DNA of 64,000 nucleotides from Octopus vulgaris (lineage: Eukaryota): positions 54,808,001 to 54,872,000 of the forward strand of contig OX597828.1 of the NCBI GenBank assembly GCA_951406725.2, in the 5' to 3' direction. Shown here in pieces: positions 27,108-43,513 of the stretch; positions within the stretch are counted from its first letter, which is position 1; every line of letters begins with the position of its first letter. A program made the translations under genes and the position numbers. The notes under the pieces were generated by a model, which was not told the origin of the DNA, did no database searches, and worked only from the letters and a program-made list of their open reading frames with translations.

Positions 27108-27290
27108 GTCATTATTATCATCGTCGTTGTCGACATCGTTGTCGCCGCCATTGTCGTCAAGATCCCACGGCCATGTTTGTTAATAGTGCAACACTTGTCA
27201 ATTGACAGCATTATCTTGTACATCAACATGGAGTGAAACATGTGTGTCAGTGTTCTTGTGTAGAGACTTCACCACCACCACCACCACCAT

Positions 27291-27367
<77 letters not shown>

Positions 27368-27805
27368 GCAACTATAGCTATAGGCACTACACCTCCACCT
27401 CACGCTCATTTTCTTCCAGACCGGAAACTAGCCAAATAGAAAATGTCTACCAAACAGGATGTGGATTTATAAGTTCCAGATGCTTTCTTTCTATCTTTCT
27501 TTCTATCTTTCTTTCTATCTTTCTTTCTATATTCATTTTCTTCGTGTTTCCCCATTTCTCTTCATATATATTCTCTTCCGTGTTTCTTTTGGTCTCAGTT
27601 TCCCCCATCTTTTGTCTTTCTTTCAATCTTTATACTTTAATTCATACTTTAATTGCATGAAAAATTGGAGTGTCTATAGTATATACATATATACATATAT
27701 ATATTTGTATATATATGTATATATATATATGTATGTATGTATGTATATATATGTATCTACCAACCTACTTACCTACCTACCTACCGACCTATACACATAC
27801 ATACA

Positions 27806-27868
<63 letters not shown>

Positions 27869-28299
27869 GAATACAAAAAAATTGGACAAGAGCGCAAAAC
27901 ATCCAGACAGATGATACAAAAAAGTGACAAGAAAAATCACGGACGGGACATTCGAAGTTTTCTTTCCTGCTGCGGCTGTTACCCATGTTTCTGTTCTGAC
28001 TATTGTTGTTATAAATACCATTGCTGATAATAATGATGATGATGACGATGATGATGATGACGATGATGATGATGACGATGATGACGATGATGGCGATGAT
28101 GATGATGACGATGATGACGATGACGATGACGATGATGATGATGATGATATATATATATATATCGACATTAATCCCTCGCCATATCCCGTCTCACTCATCG
28201 CGGGTTATCATTTAACTTTACGTCGATTCCTCCGTGGTGTTGTTTTGCATTTATAATAAAATAAATATATGCAACTTATAGAAATAACAAAGAAATATA

Positions 28300-28390
28300 T
28301 ACAGTACACTACTGTTTCTACTTCACTGATTTTCACCTATCGCGGGGGGTTTTGGAACGTGAGGCCCGCGATAATCGAGGGATTACTGTA
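28300..28390. mobile_element. Tigger/pogo-like terminal fragment
   Basis: Right end CGCGATAATCGAGGGATTACTGTA; left end TACAGTA. Confidence 0.55.
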
Positions 28391-28519
28391 CATAAATACA
28401 CGCGCGCGCATATCTATATACATATAAGTCTAGATTGTAGCTTCAAGCTGGGAGCTAAACAATGCTCAGATCATGTCAAGCCATTAACAGGCTCTAAATT
28501 GAACGTGTCTCTCAACAGG

Positions 28520-28725
28520 GTGTGACATGTATTAAGTTTTGACATCGTTTATGATTCCGATGACATATGAATGGTAACGACATGTATACGTTGTGACGTT
28601 CTGTATGACGTTGTGACGTCATATATGAGTTATGACGATCGATTTATTATGACGTCATGTATCAGTTGTGATAACGGATATGAGCTCTGACCACATGTAT
28701 GATTTGACAAATCATATACGTCGTC
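28520..28725. repeat. Degenerate 18-20 bp tandem repeat containing TGACGTCA
   Basis: Units such as GTTGTGACGTCATATATGA; perfect TGACGTCA at 28614-28621 and 28650-28657. Confidence 0.7.
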
Positions 28726-28976
28726 ACATATGTTTTAGAAACAGGGTAAGATTATCATCTGATGACTGCTCGGTTTCATCCGATCTTGAGACTAGAATTT
28801 ATGATGTAATATCATTTACAGATAAAATTATTGAAAGAAATTACTCAAGGGCCTGGATTTTCGAGCACGGCACCAATTGAATTGTAAGGCTCTTAAGCTG
28901 CTTTGCAACCTCTGCAAATTTAAAATATTAAAATATATAAAATCCTATACTGAATTCAATTGTTCGACTAGTTTTG

Positions 28977-29062
<86 letters not shown>

Positions 29063-29112
29063 GACAAACACACACATGTCATACACGCACATATATGTGT
29101 ATATATATGCAT

Positions 29113-29162
<50 letters not shown>

Positions 29163-29574
29163 CCCCAGCATGGTCACAGCCTTAGGGCTGAGGCATATAG
29201 AAGAATAAATGAATATATGTACCCATACACATACACATGTATGTAAATGTGTGTGTCTGTGTGTATGCACATGTGTGTGTATATATATATATATATGTAT
29301 GTATGTATATGTTCGTACAAACATGCATACATACATATATGCACCCTTAACAATTCTGATTTATAAACGTTCATTTCGATCTTTACGTTGTGCGTGAAAT
29401 CGTGTGACATTTTCCTGACGCAGCATTTAAGATTTAAATTAATTTTCTTGTTTGTTTGTTTGCTTGGTTGATTGCTTCTTATTTTTGTTGTTGTTGTTCG
29501 TGGTGCTACTGCTGCGGCTGTTACTCATGTTTCTGTTCTGACTATTGTTGTTATAAATGCCATTGCTGATAATA

Positions 29575-29617
<43 letters not shown>

Positions 29618-29720
29618 GGAGGAGGAGGAGGAGGAGGACGACGACGACGTCGATGATGACGACGACGATGATGACGAGGATGACGATGATGACGATGATG
29701 ACGATGATGATGATGATGAC

Positions 29721-29758
<38 letters not shown>

Positions 29759-30741
29759 CGACGATGATGACGATGATGACGATGATGACAACGACGACGA
29801 CGACGATGATGATGATGATGATGATGATGATGATATTGCTATTGCCACGGCTGTTACCATTCTACAATGAAACTGTTGGAACTGTTGTTGTTGTTGTTGT
29901 TGTTGTTGCTGTTTGCTATGGCCAATTGTTGTTCTTGTTAATGCTGCGGTCGTTACCGTTGTCTGTATTATTACTGTTGTTGTATTACTGCTGCTGCAAC
30001 TCCTAATCTTGCCGCTATTTTGATTTTCACTGTTGTTCCTCTTGTTACGAGCTCTGTTGGTGTTGTTGTTATTCCTGCTGCTTGTTATTGTTGCGTTCAT
30101 ATTGTTATTATTGTTAGTGTTGTTGTTGTTGTCGATATTGAAGCTATTGTTGTTGTTGTTACCTGCTGGTGTTGCTGCCGTTTCCAAAAATGTTTATTTT
30201 GGTGATATTAAAAAGTGCTGCCTTTAAAATAATGAAACATTTTGGTTTTTAAAAATAGGACGATTAATACAAACGGAATAGTAGAACGAGCAAGTACATC
30301 AGAAATCCATTAGCTATATATGGAAGGAATTAATGGATTAAACAGCAAGGAATTCATTTCTAAGAATTAAGGGAAAAAATATACCAAAAAATATTCCATC
30401 CCAAGTGACAGGGTTGGTGAAGGTTGGGAGTTTAAAATTTAAACGATAAAAAAGGGAAAATAAAACAAACCGCTGTGTTGTTGTTGCTTTAGCTTCCTGC
30501 TGTTGACTAAGTGTTTCTTTTATTTATCCATAGATTCGTTTATTTGCTTGTTTGATTGTTTATTTGCTTGGTTTTTGTTTATTTATTTATTCGATTTTCT
30601 ATTTCGCACAGATTATGACAATTCGAATATACTTTACTTTGCTTTATATGTTTTCGTATTTTTTCGAATTCGCTTAAATTATATCTTAACGCTGTTCAGC
30701 AACATAAATAATGCAATGGTTCTTTCATCTTTCTTCTGTTT

Positions 30742-30793
<52 letters not shown>

Positions 30794-31005
30794 ATGTGTG
30801 TCTGTGTCTTTGTGTGTGCACAAACACACGTGCACCCACGCATGCGCATATACACACAAGTATGTATGTATGAATATATGTATGTGTGTGTGTGTGTGTG
30901 TGTTAGTATGTGAGTATGCATGCATGTATGTATGTATACATGTGTGTGCATATATATACATATATATATATACATATATACATATATATATATACATATA
31001 TATAC

Positions 31006-31102
<97 letters not shown>

Positions 31103-31601
31103 ATATATATATGTATACATATATATATATATATGTGCGTGCGAATGTCGCTGTGCGTAGTCAAGTATGTGAGTATATATATTTATATACTGATTCGCAC
31201 GTGTGTATATACGCGTATGTAGGTGTGTATGCTTGCCTGCGCAAAGTTGTCTTCTGCTTGCGCAACGAAAATCAATAAGCGGTAGGCCTAAACCAGCACC
31301 CGGGCTAACACCGCTACAACAAATAAACGATGGAGCCTCTCTTCCTTCTCATCTTTGATTATGTTTAAATAAATAAGAAAAGATTACAGCAACAACTGCA
31401 GCAGCAACTCTCTTGATACCAACCTAAACACTGAAAAACCGCCTTAGGAGGCTACGACTTATAAAATTTAGTTAAGATGGTTATCTTAACATATTGCTGG
31501 GTTTAACATCATCACCTAGTACATGAGTGCATTTAGTTTACGTTTTAGGGTTAACACACCACCCTCAAGTGTTGGTTTTTAAATATTTAATCTTCTTATA
31601 C

Positions 31602-31814
31602 AAGGTGAGCTGGCAGAATCGTTAGCACGCCGGGCAAAATGCTTAGCGGCATTTCGTCCGTCTTTACATTCTGACTTCAAATTCCGCAGAGGTCGTCTTT
31701 GCCATTCATCCTTTGGGGGGAGTCGATAAAATAAGTGCCAATTGAACACTGGGGGCGATGGAATCGACTTATCGCTCCCCCGAAATTGCTGACCTTCGGC
31801 CAAAATTTGAAGCC
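31602..31814 (+). mobile_element. SINE family B
   Basis: Family B body; AATATTTAATCTT occurs on both sides. Other copies: 21950-22160 (+), 39557-39770 (+), 40063-40282 (+), 57090-57293 (-). Confidence 0.85.
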
Positions 31815-32151
31815 AATATTTAATCTTACCAGATCATGATCTTCCAAAATTTATAATCAAATCTAATTAATAAAAATTGTTGTTTTCATCTTCTACACTG
31901 AAATGCTGCTTCAATCGGTAGCCATCTGTGGAGAGTTTCTCTCCAAGTTAATCTAACGGTCCAAAAAAAAATATCCCCCACCTTGTTACCTATATAACGT
32001 TTGGTTATTGGATGGCAACATCTCATTAAAGACTAATGAAACCTGGAATTTTATAGCATTTGGAAGAAAGATCTGGTGTTCTTCTGGTGTTCATTCAGAT
32101 CGACTTATAAATTGGGTTTGAGCAACGGCAATAACTTGGTTATTCAAGTCT

Positions 32152-32530
32152 CTAGAATGTTAAATGCATTTAGATGATGTATACACAGTCAGGTGTGTAC
32201 ACTGTTCAATATGATATTTTAATTGCTGTATGCGCGATCAAGTGTTTAGAATGTTAAATATATTATTTGGGGTTATGTGTATGCAATCTGGTATAGAATG
32301 TTAAATACTTTTAGATGATGCATACACAATAAGGTGTGTAGAATGATCAATGGCATTTTAATTGTTTTATACACAATCAAGTGTTTAGAAATATTATTAT
32401 ATTATTTTGGGTGATGCGTACACATTCAGGTCTATAGAATGCTAAATATATTATTTTGGATTTTATGTATAGCATCAGATGTGTAGAATGTTAAATATAT
32501 TCCTACAAAATCAGGCGTTTCCTCTAGAAT
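32152..32530. repeat. Degenerate 45-49 bp tandem repeat (about 8 units)
   Basis: Units begin TAGAATGTTAAAT and end approximately ACACAATCAGGTGTG. Confidence 0.8.
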
Positions 32531-32579
32531 AATAGCATTAACAATATCAATAATAGAATAAAACAACAGCAGCATCTGC

Positions 32580-32852
32580 AAAACACCTAAAGCACCACGA
32601 GGCCCGGGCCGGGGGAGGGGGGGCAACCCCTGTTGTACTCTTTCGCTACAACTTTCTCTCACTCTTTCTTCCTGTCTCTTGTCCCCAAATTCCTACGCAA
32701 GCGCTGAGCCTGGATGCGCATTCATCCCTCCGTCGATGCTCTCGGTGTCGGGAGTTGACCTGCTTTCTCTTCTGCGGGTCTTACGAATAGCAAAGGACCA
32801 CATTTCGGACTTCTCCCATCTTGCGAGCTCTGGGACGAAGACCGTTCGCTCA
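32580..32852 (+). mobile_element. 5'-truncated SINE family C
   Basis: Body and tail match 20132-20415. Confidence 0.88.
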
Positions 32853-33009
32853 ACAGCAACAGCAACAGCAGCATCTGCAGCAGAAGCAACAACAATAACA
32901 ACAGTAATAGCCATTAGCAACAACATCAAAAAATCATCAGTAACATCAACAACAGCAACAACGACAACAAAGGTAAAAGTAGCCAAAACAAACTGAAGAT
33001 GCGTCGAGA

Positions 33010-33405
33010 AAGGAACTGTACGTGATACTCGACCAGCTAGAAATGGCAGTCAAATCGACCTCAGCTTACATCCTACTGTTTTAAAACACGTAAACACACT
33101 AAGCAACGTAATATGGATGGGATGGTCAACGATGGAACGACTTCAATCATAGCTCTGATCGATTAAAACTGATTTCAGTTAAACATCAACAGCAAAAATA
33201 CTTGAACTGCTATGATGGAAACTCAACGTGGCTGCTCGACCGTTAGAAATAGTACCAAATGTTCTTCAAATCACACAATACCGTAGCGAATGCATTGGAG
33301 AACATGATTTTAGACAGAGATTTTTTTTAAAAAGGATGGGATGGTCACAACGGGAATTCTTTAGATCAGATATCTCTTTGATCAGGTTTGTTTGGGGGCT
33401 AAAAA
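33010..33405 (+). mobile_element. Two copies of an old dispersed repeat (family D)
   Basis: GTG..GCTCGACC.G.TAGAAAT.GCAG.CAAAT...GGATGGTCA...GATCA...GGGCTAAA(CAA)n. Degenerate relatives near 1-450, 3380-3550, 15160-15330 (-), 17975-18140 (-), 19625-19765, 26595-26680 and 57650-57830. Confidence 0.6.
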
Positions 33406-33801
33406 ATGAAAATGAAATTTCTTACTGGTTTGAAAGGCTACTTTCGAAATTTTCCAGCTTCTCAATACAATTAATAGATGAAATTTATATTTATTCCTCT
33501 ATTATTCTGTTATTTTGATTTTATTATTTGCCTTTATGGAGATGCGTGGCTTAGTGGTTAGAGGTGATCGTAAGATTGCGGTTTCGATTCCTGAACCGGG
33601 CGATGCGTTGTGTTCTTGAGCAAACACTTCATTTCACGTTACTCCAGTCCACTCAGCCGGCAAAAATGAGAGTAATCCTGCGATGGACTGTCGTCCGGTC
33701 CAGGTGTGGAATTTATACGCTACGAAACCGAGAAACCGGCCCAATAAGTCTATATGACTTGGGGAGGAAATTTGCTTTGCATTTTTACTATTTCCCTTTA
33801 G

Positions 33802-34325
33802 TACCGTAAATCCTCGAGTATAATCCGCATTTTTCCCCCTAAATTTAAAGGTCAAAATCCCTAGTGCGTACTATATACGAGGTTAAAAGTGAAAAATATC
33901 TTCTAGGCAATGTCCGAATCTCTATTTGCTGTCCGGCAATGTTTATTCAGACGCATTTTGTGATGTCAGCGCGAAAATACCTTAAGCTAAGCCTGAAAGC
34001 AATGAAGTCATAAAAGAATCATCCATAACTTACAGTAAGCAACATTTATCAAAATAAAAGTATTCAGAACACAGAATAACATATAGCAAAAACAATTTGC
34101 AAACCTATTTACATCCCATATAACAGTTAAGAACATCACCATTATTGTATTACGCATGCGCGGAAGTGTTTGTTCGACTAGGTGCTGCTGCTTTAATTAC
34201 GCACGGCTCAAGTTAGAGAAGGGGTGCGTATTATACACAAAGTTTAGGATTTTCAGAAGTACAGTCCCCTAAAAATCCCCTGCGTATTATACTCAAGGGC
34301 GGACTATACTAGAAGATTTACGGTA
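33802..34325. mobile_element. Tc1/pogo-type MITE
   Basis: TIR TACCGTAAATCCTCGAGTATAATCCGC / GCGGACTATACTAGAAGATTTACGGTA with TA ends; subterminal TGCGTA(C/T)TATA repeats. Confidence 0.88.
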
Positions 34326-34740
34326 TTTCCCAACTAGCCAATATTTTGTAAGATATAAAATTTAGTTCTACAGAAATAACAGGCGTGTATAAAAGTGTTG
34401 AGTGAATATTGAACGATAAGAGAAGTGGGGCAAAAAACCCACCTGAGTCTCAAGTGCTTGTCATAAGGAAGTAATATACATGGAAGTAATATACGTGGGA
34501 TTGTTTGTGTTTCGTCACACACTCGAATATGTAATAATGTATGTATGTAAATAGGTAGTTATGTACGCTTGTATGTATTTGTGTGTAAATAGCTATCTAT
34601 ATCTATACCTCTCCCCTCTCTCTTACTCTCTTTGTCTCCTTGTCTCTTCCTCTAACAATCTGTCTGTCTGTCTCTGTCTGCCTCCCTCTGGCGCGTTCTC
34701 TCTCTGTCTTTATATATATATATGTATATATATATAAATA

Positions 34741-34770
<30 letters not shown>

Positions 34771-34772
<2 letters not shown>

Positions 34773-36019
34773 CGAGGGGCGTTCAATAAGTAATGCCCCT
34801 GATCCACTTCCCATAGCAGTAGAACAACGAAACTTGGCACAGTTATTAGTCTTTTTCTACATAGGAACAACCCAGAGTTACGTATTTTTCCCATCGTTTG
34901 ATGCGGCTCTGGAGACTGTTTTCGTAGAAGACGCCAGCTTGGTCCTCCAACCACGACGTGACTTCAGAAATAGAGGCTGCATCATCTGGGAAACGCTTTC
35001 CTTTCAAAAACAACTTCATGGCTGGGAAGAGGTGAAAATCCGAGGGTGCAAGGTCAGGAGAGTAGGGGGTTGGAGGAGGAGTTCATAGCCGCACGCCTGT
35101 GCTTCTGATCTGGCGACCATCGAGTTGTGGACCGGAGCGTTGTCCTGCAGCAGGAGGATGCCTTTGCTGATCTTGCCCCGCCTCTTGATTTTGATAGCTT
35201 CTTTTAATTTCCTCAAAAGTGAAGCGTAATAGGCTCCTGTAATTGTGGTACCCTTTGCCAGGAAATCTGTCATCACTACTCCGTTCTGGTCCCAGAAGAC
35301 TGTGAGCATGACCTTGCCAGCGGAGGGCTGCACCCTTGTCTTCTTTGGAGGAGGTGAGTCATGGTGCTTCCACTGCATTGACTGGGCTTTGGTCTCTGGA
35401 TCATAGTGATAGACCCAGGTCTCATCCTGTGTAATCAGTCTTTTGAAAAATTTTGACTCATCTTCTTAGCACATCCCTAAATTCATCCTCGAGCACTCGA
35501 CGCGTTCTTGTTTCTGGAAAAGTTTGAGCAACCTGGGAATCCATCTGGCAGACACCTTTTGCATATACAAATGGTCATGAATGATAGTTTCCACAGGCCC
35601 GCTACTAATCTTGACCTCATGGGCTATTTGGCGAATAGTTATGCGTCGATCTTCCAAAATGGCAGCCTCAACTTGACGGACAGATGCCTCATCAATGGCA
35701 GAAGGGGGCGACCAGATCTGGGAGCTGTTTCCACAGAGTTCCGACCATGTTTGAATTCACGATGCCAGCGTTTTACAAGGTCATATGATGGGGCATCATC
35801 ACCATAAGTTACTTTCATTTCATCAAAAGTCTCCTGTGGTGTGCGTCATTTCAAATACAAAAACTGGATCACTGCTCGACACTCAACAGGCTCCATTTCA
35901 CACTTGACTCATTTCAAACACCTGTAAATCAGAAACCACAATTTGCCACTTATCTATAGAGATATTAATAATTGCACATGCAAAATTTCAGCTAGATCAA
36001 ACAAGGGCAAGTGGGTCAA
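34771..36019 (-). mobile_element. Near full-length mariner (DD34D-type) transposon, one TIR truncated
   Basis: Left end TACGAGGGGCGTTCAATAAGTAATGCCC abuts (TA)n. The right side retains only AAGTGGGTCA, the inverse of the inner TGATCCACTT. Confidence 0.92.
34846..35896 (-). pseudogene. Mariner transposase pseudogene
   Basis: MEPVECRAVIQFLYLK*...RSGRP...SARWIPRLL...ITQDETWVYHYDPE...GKVMLTVFWD...LLQDNAPVH.../YSPDLAPSDFHLF...YVEKD*. At least two in-frame stops plus frameshift(s). Confidence 0.93.
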
Positions 36020-36662
36020 AATTACAAGAATGCAAATATTACAGGCCCCCCACACACACACTAAATAAACATAGACGCACATAGAGATATAAGCATGCGC
36101 AAATGAAGACATACAATAGAAATACAAAATGGCTGACGGTTAGTAAGGAGAGACACAAGTAAGTGAGAAGAAAACAAAGGACCACTGATGCGGTCACAGG
36201 AGTGTGACGAAAGAACTTTGGCCGAAATAAGATTAAGATTAATGTAAAAAATAATATCACTGAAGCAAAATAACACCAAATATATAGTGCGTGTGTTTTT
36301 ATTGGCTAAACTGGCAATATGACCATTCCGAAATATAACAACATATATATTTAGATATTTATATATAAAGTACCGCGATTTCATCTACTCATTAATTCAG
36401 TCTACTGGAGGGATAAAGGTAGATTGAGGTATTTTTGCCTCTTGGATGGAAGAGCTGTAAGATATTTTCCCAATTTATATTCCTGTATGTTATATTTTAA
36501 TAATTCCTGGTATCTTTATATATTTTATAGGTAAAGCATAATATGTTATGCATGTATGTATATTCTTGTAATTGTCATTTTAGTAAATGAATAAATTAAT
36601 TAACATAATGTAATGTCTAAAAGTTGATGAACCACTTATTGATCCCTTCCATTTTCTTATTG

Positions 36663-36694
<32 letters not shown>

Positions 36695-37832
36695 TATATA
36701 TATATATATATATATATGCATGGAGACGGGGGCAGATAGATAGATGCATGCATGTGTACATACATACATACATACATACATGCATACATATATACATACA
36801 CGCATGCATACATCCACACATACACACACATGCATACATACACACATGCATGCATATATGCACACACACATGCAAACATGCACACATATACAAACGTGCG
36901 CACACACGTACATACATGCACACACTCACAAACATAGATACGTTCATACACACATACGTACATACGTACATAATACATACATTCTACATACATACATGCG
37001 TACATATATACTCACATACATTCAGACGATTAATATTCCACCCACACTAACCCTATGTAATCGGTCAGTTTTATTTCTTCTCAAAACATTTCCCAAATGC
37101 CACTGAATGACGTGCAACATCCAACAGATATCCGTTCGGTTTAAGAAGCATTAATTCTATGGCGAAATCGATGATGTGAATTCATTAGGGGTCTTATTGA
37201 GAACGACCAAAGATAAACTGCTAGTATATGTGTGGCTGTAGCTATGCTATCTGCGGTGGCCTGTGGTTTGCAGCAGAAAATACTGAAAACTGCATTTTAT
37301 TCAGTCTCAAAGGAAACCATAGTTGCTTAGAGAAATCATAGAATGAGACATTAAAATTTAAAATAAAATCTCAGCTGACCGCTGTGGCTAGTGAAGCAAA
37401 ATATTGAATGAAGTTGCAATAGAATTGAAAACAAATTCTTGAAGTTATTTAGCAAAAGTCTCTATAAAGTTAGAAATATAATTCTTGAGAATTCTTTAGG
37501 GTCAAATTCCCACGCTAACCTCTCGTAGTCATTCACAACGTGTCTTTTTTTTTACCTTTTCAAATAACATTTTCCAAACACAGTCTGTTTCCAGACTATG
37601 TTGAGATCACTAGTAGTTAATCTGGTTTCTATAGCGTTTAAGCTACGGTGTGTACAACATTCCTCTTGAAAGAGACGCCATTCCATCGGTGACTTAAACC
37701 CCGGCTGTCGCTGATACACCTTTTCGGCTGAATGGACAAGAGCGATGTGAAATAAAGTAACTTGCTTAAAGACACAACACATTGTTCCTTCCGGCAATTG
37801 AACCCATGAACAAACGATCGAAAATGTTTATT

Positions 37833-39555
<1,723 letters not shown>

Positions 39556-39801
39556 CAAGGCAGTGACTTGTCAGAATCGTTAGCACGCTGGACGAAATAC
39601 TTAACGGAATTTCACTCGTCGCTACGTTCTGAGTTCAAATTCCGCCGAGGTTGACTTTGCCTTTCATCCTTTTGGGCCGATAAAAATAAGTAGCAGTTGA
39701 ACACTGGGGTCAATGTAATCGACTCATCCCCAACTCCCCCAAGCTGCCCTTGTGGCAAATATTTGAAATTATTATTATTATCATTATTATTATTATTACT
39801 A

Positions 39802-40062
39802 TATGAAAACTCGTTGCTTATTTTGCTGGATATGATGGGAAGTGACGGCCGTACAGTTTCAAATCATCCATGTAGAAGAGGTGGTTGATTGTTTGGGATT
39901 TTCCTTTAGTTGGTACTCCAGGTTCATTTTCCTGAGTACCAAGGTCAGGGATATCATGAAGAGAACAAAAAGCAACGGAGATAAGCTGTCACCTTGGAAA
40001 ATCCCTCTTCTGATACTCAGGGTGCCCAAGCTTTTTCCGTAAGATGTCAGTTCAGTTTTCCA
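39802..40062 (-). mobile_element. R4/Dong-clade LINE fragment: RT core joined to 3' terminus
   Basis: WKTELTSYGKSLGTLSIRRGIFQGDSLSPLLF.../INHLFYMDDLKLYG, followed directly by CCATCATATCCAGCAAAATAAGC...GAGTTTTCAT, which matches 2517-2553. Confidence 0.88.
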
Positions 40063-41105
40063 AGGCAGCGAGCTGACAGAATTGCTAGCACTCGGGGGAA
40101 ATGCTTAACGGCATTTGGTCCGTCTTTAATGAGTTCAAATTCCGCCGAGGTCTCGACTATGCCTTTTATCCTTTCGGGGTCGATAAATAAAATACCAGTG
40201 AAATACTGGGGTCGATGTAATCGACTAGTCTCCCTCCCCCCCAAAAAATTTCAAGCCTTGTACCTACAGTAGAAAGGATTATTATTTATTTATTTATTGC
40301 TTTACTGAAATACCGTCAGTAAGGCTGCCATGTGTTTAACATTTTCACATTTAAAATATTTTAATAGCGACGCCATACTTCCCAGTTTGGAAAGCTTTTT
40401 AAACATAGAATTCGTTTTTAAACATAGAATTCGTTAATAATAGATTTCTCTAAAATACGAAATCTACATTAACCACTATACCTGATTACAAGATTTAGCA
40501 TGTTCTTTTATATTCCAAATCGTTTGTTGTTTCTGATATTGCTGTTTCTTAAAATGCCAACTGTTCTTCGACAAGTTTGCATGTTTAAGGATTTCTAACA
40601 CATAGTTAACAGATTCTGACAAAATTTTATATTTAAGAATTTTAACCAGTTATAATCGATAGAAACCGAATTGTCAGAATACTTTCACATGATAAGCAAG
40701 CAATTTCGACAGAAATTTACTGAGCAATTTACTGAGCGAAAACAATTGCGAAAATAGAATAAATTGCATATAAATTATATATGAATAAAGACATGAATAA
40801 TATATTGTTCGTAATTTTTACTAGAAATATTCGATTTCTCTCGCAGAATTGCGTGTACGACTGAAAGTTAATTTGCTGCTATATTCTTGTGCATTTCTTT
40901 TTCCTTCCTTCCCGCACTCACTCACTCCCTCATTCCCTGTCTGTTGCTCTTTCACTCATATTCTCTTTCATATATCCGTTAGAAGGGTCAAGAACACAAG
41001 AGACCTAGAGACAAAGTGCAAGATATCTGGCTCAGGAGATATCTGTCTATGTATACGTAGACAGATTGCAAAACATACTAATACATAGATGCATACATAC
41101 TGTTA

Positions 41106-41880
<775 letters not shown>

Positions 41881-41885
41881 ATGTA

Positions 41886-41955
<70 letters not shown>

Positions 41956-41976
41956 TATATATATATACATATATAT

Positions 41977-42141
41977 AGGCGCAGGAGTGGCTGTGTGGTA
42001 AGTAGCTTGCTTACAAACCACATGGTTCCGAGTTCAGTCCCACTGCGTGACATTTTGGGCAAGTGTCTTCTACTATAGACTCAAGGCGACCAAAGCCTCG
42101 TGAATGGATTTGGTAGACGGAAACTGAAAGAAGACCGTCGT
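41977..42141 (+). mobile_element. SINE family A 5' half
   Basis: GGCGCAGGAGTGGCTGTGTGGTAAG...GAAAGAAGACCGTCG; another 5' half lies at 43828-43977. Confidence 0.9.
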
Positions 42142-42142
42142 A

Positions 42143-42175
<33 letters not shown>

Positions 42176-42193
42176 GATAGAAAATTTAGACAA

Positions 42194-42230
<37 letters not shown>

Positions 42231-42685
42231 GAGAGAGAGAGAGAGTGAGAGAGAGAGTGAGATGAATAGGTAGGTAGATAGGTAGGTATATAGATAGATA
42301 TATTGATAGATAGATAAATAGATAGATAATAGATAAATAGACATATAGAGAGATAGAGACAAACAGTGAACGAGACGGACAGGAGATAATTAACGATAAC
42401 CGTCAAAATTGGACACATGCAAATTAGGCTATCCATTAGTGCACTGACCTAATTTATGACTGTTTTTGAAGCAGTTGATCTCTGTTGTTCATTAAAGAAA
42501 GGAGACGAAACCGCCTTTGCTGAAGAATAGTCAACCGTGAAACGCTCTATTAGGAGACACATCGATGATATTGAAATAACGTGTTAAACTTCTTACTTAA
42601 ATCACAGTAAGATTTTCATAAGATTTAAATTTACTTCAGATTTAGTTGTGTTCTGCAAAGTAAATACTGTCATATATGTGTATAT

Positions 42686-42993
42686 ATCACGTGATCACGT
42701 GGCCGACCAGGCCATCAGATGTTGCTACACATCGCTGGTCACAATGCGCTTCACATTGTTTTAGCCTTCAAATGGCGCCTCCCCGCTGGCTAAGCGAGCA
42801 GGCCAACAGAAGAAAGAGTGAGAGAAAGTTGTGGTGAAAGAGTACAGCAGGGATCGCCACCATCCCCTGTCGGAGCCGCGTGGAGCTTTTGGTGTTTTCG
42901 CTCAATAAACACTCACAACGCCCGGTCTGGGAATTGAAACCGCGATTCTACGGCCGCGAGTTCACTGCCCTAACCACTGGGCCATTGCGCCTC

Positions 42994-42995
<2 letters not shown>
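42686..42995 (-). mobile_element. SINE family C with distinct tail ending CACGTGATCACGTGAT
   Basis: Family C head and body plus an unrelated 3' segment of about 125 bp. Confidence 0.88.
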
Positions 42996-43057
<62 letters not shown>

Positions 43058-43091
43058 GATAGATAGATAGATATAGATACAAATATATATG

Positions 43092-43122
<31 letters not shown>

Positions 43123-43148
43123 AAATATATAAAGATATATATATATAC

Positions 43149-43204
<56 letters not shown>

Positions 43205-43273
43205 GTGTGTGTAAATGGTGAATTATGAAAATAAGTGCTCAACATCGCATCGGTAGATAGAAATTTTTTTTAT

Positions 43274-43357
<84 letters not shown>

Positions 43358-43467
43358 GCGCGTGTGTGTATACATCTGTATGTATGCAAGCATGTAATAG
43401 GTGATATAAACGTTTGCTTGATTTCTCCAGTCACTTTTCACATCGTAGAGAGAAAGGGATAGAGAGA

Positions 43468-43513
<46 letters not shown>

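Noticed and set aside
29472-29870. Aspartate-rich secreted (biomineralisation-like) protein
   Set aside because: The hydrophobic leader and poly-D both derive from simple repeats, and no splice or ATG support was seen.
42520-42555. CTGAAGA...GAAAC hammerhead-like words (also near 9594, 12529 and 32994)
   Set aside because: No adequate helix I/II pairing, or GAAA is missing.
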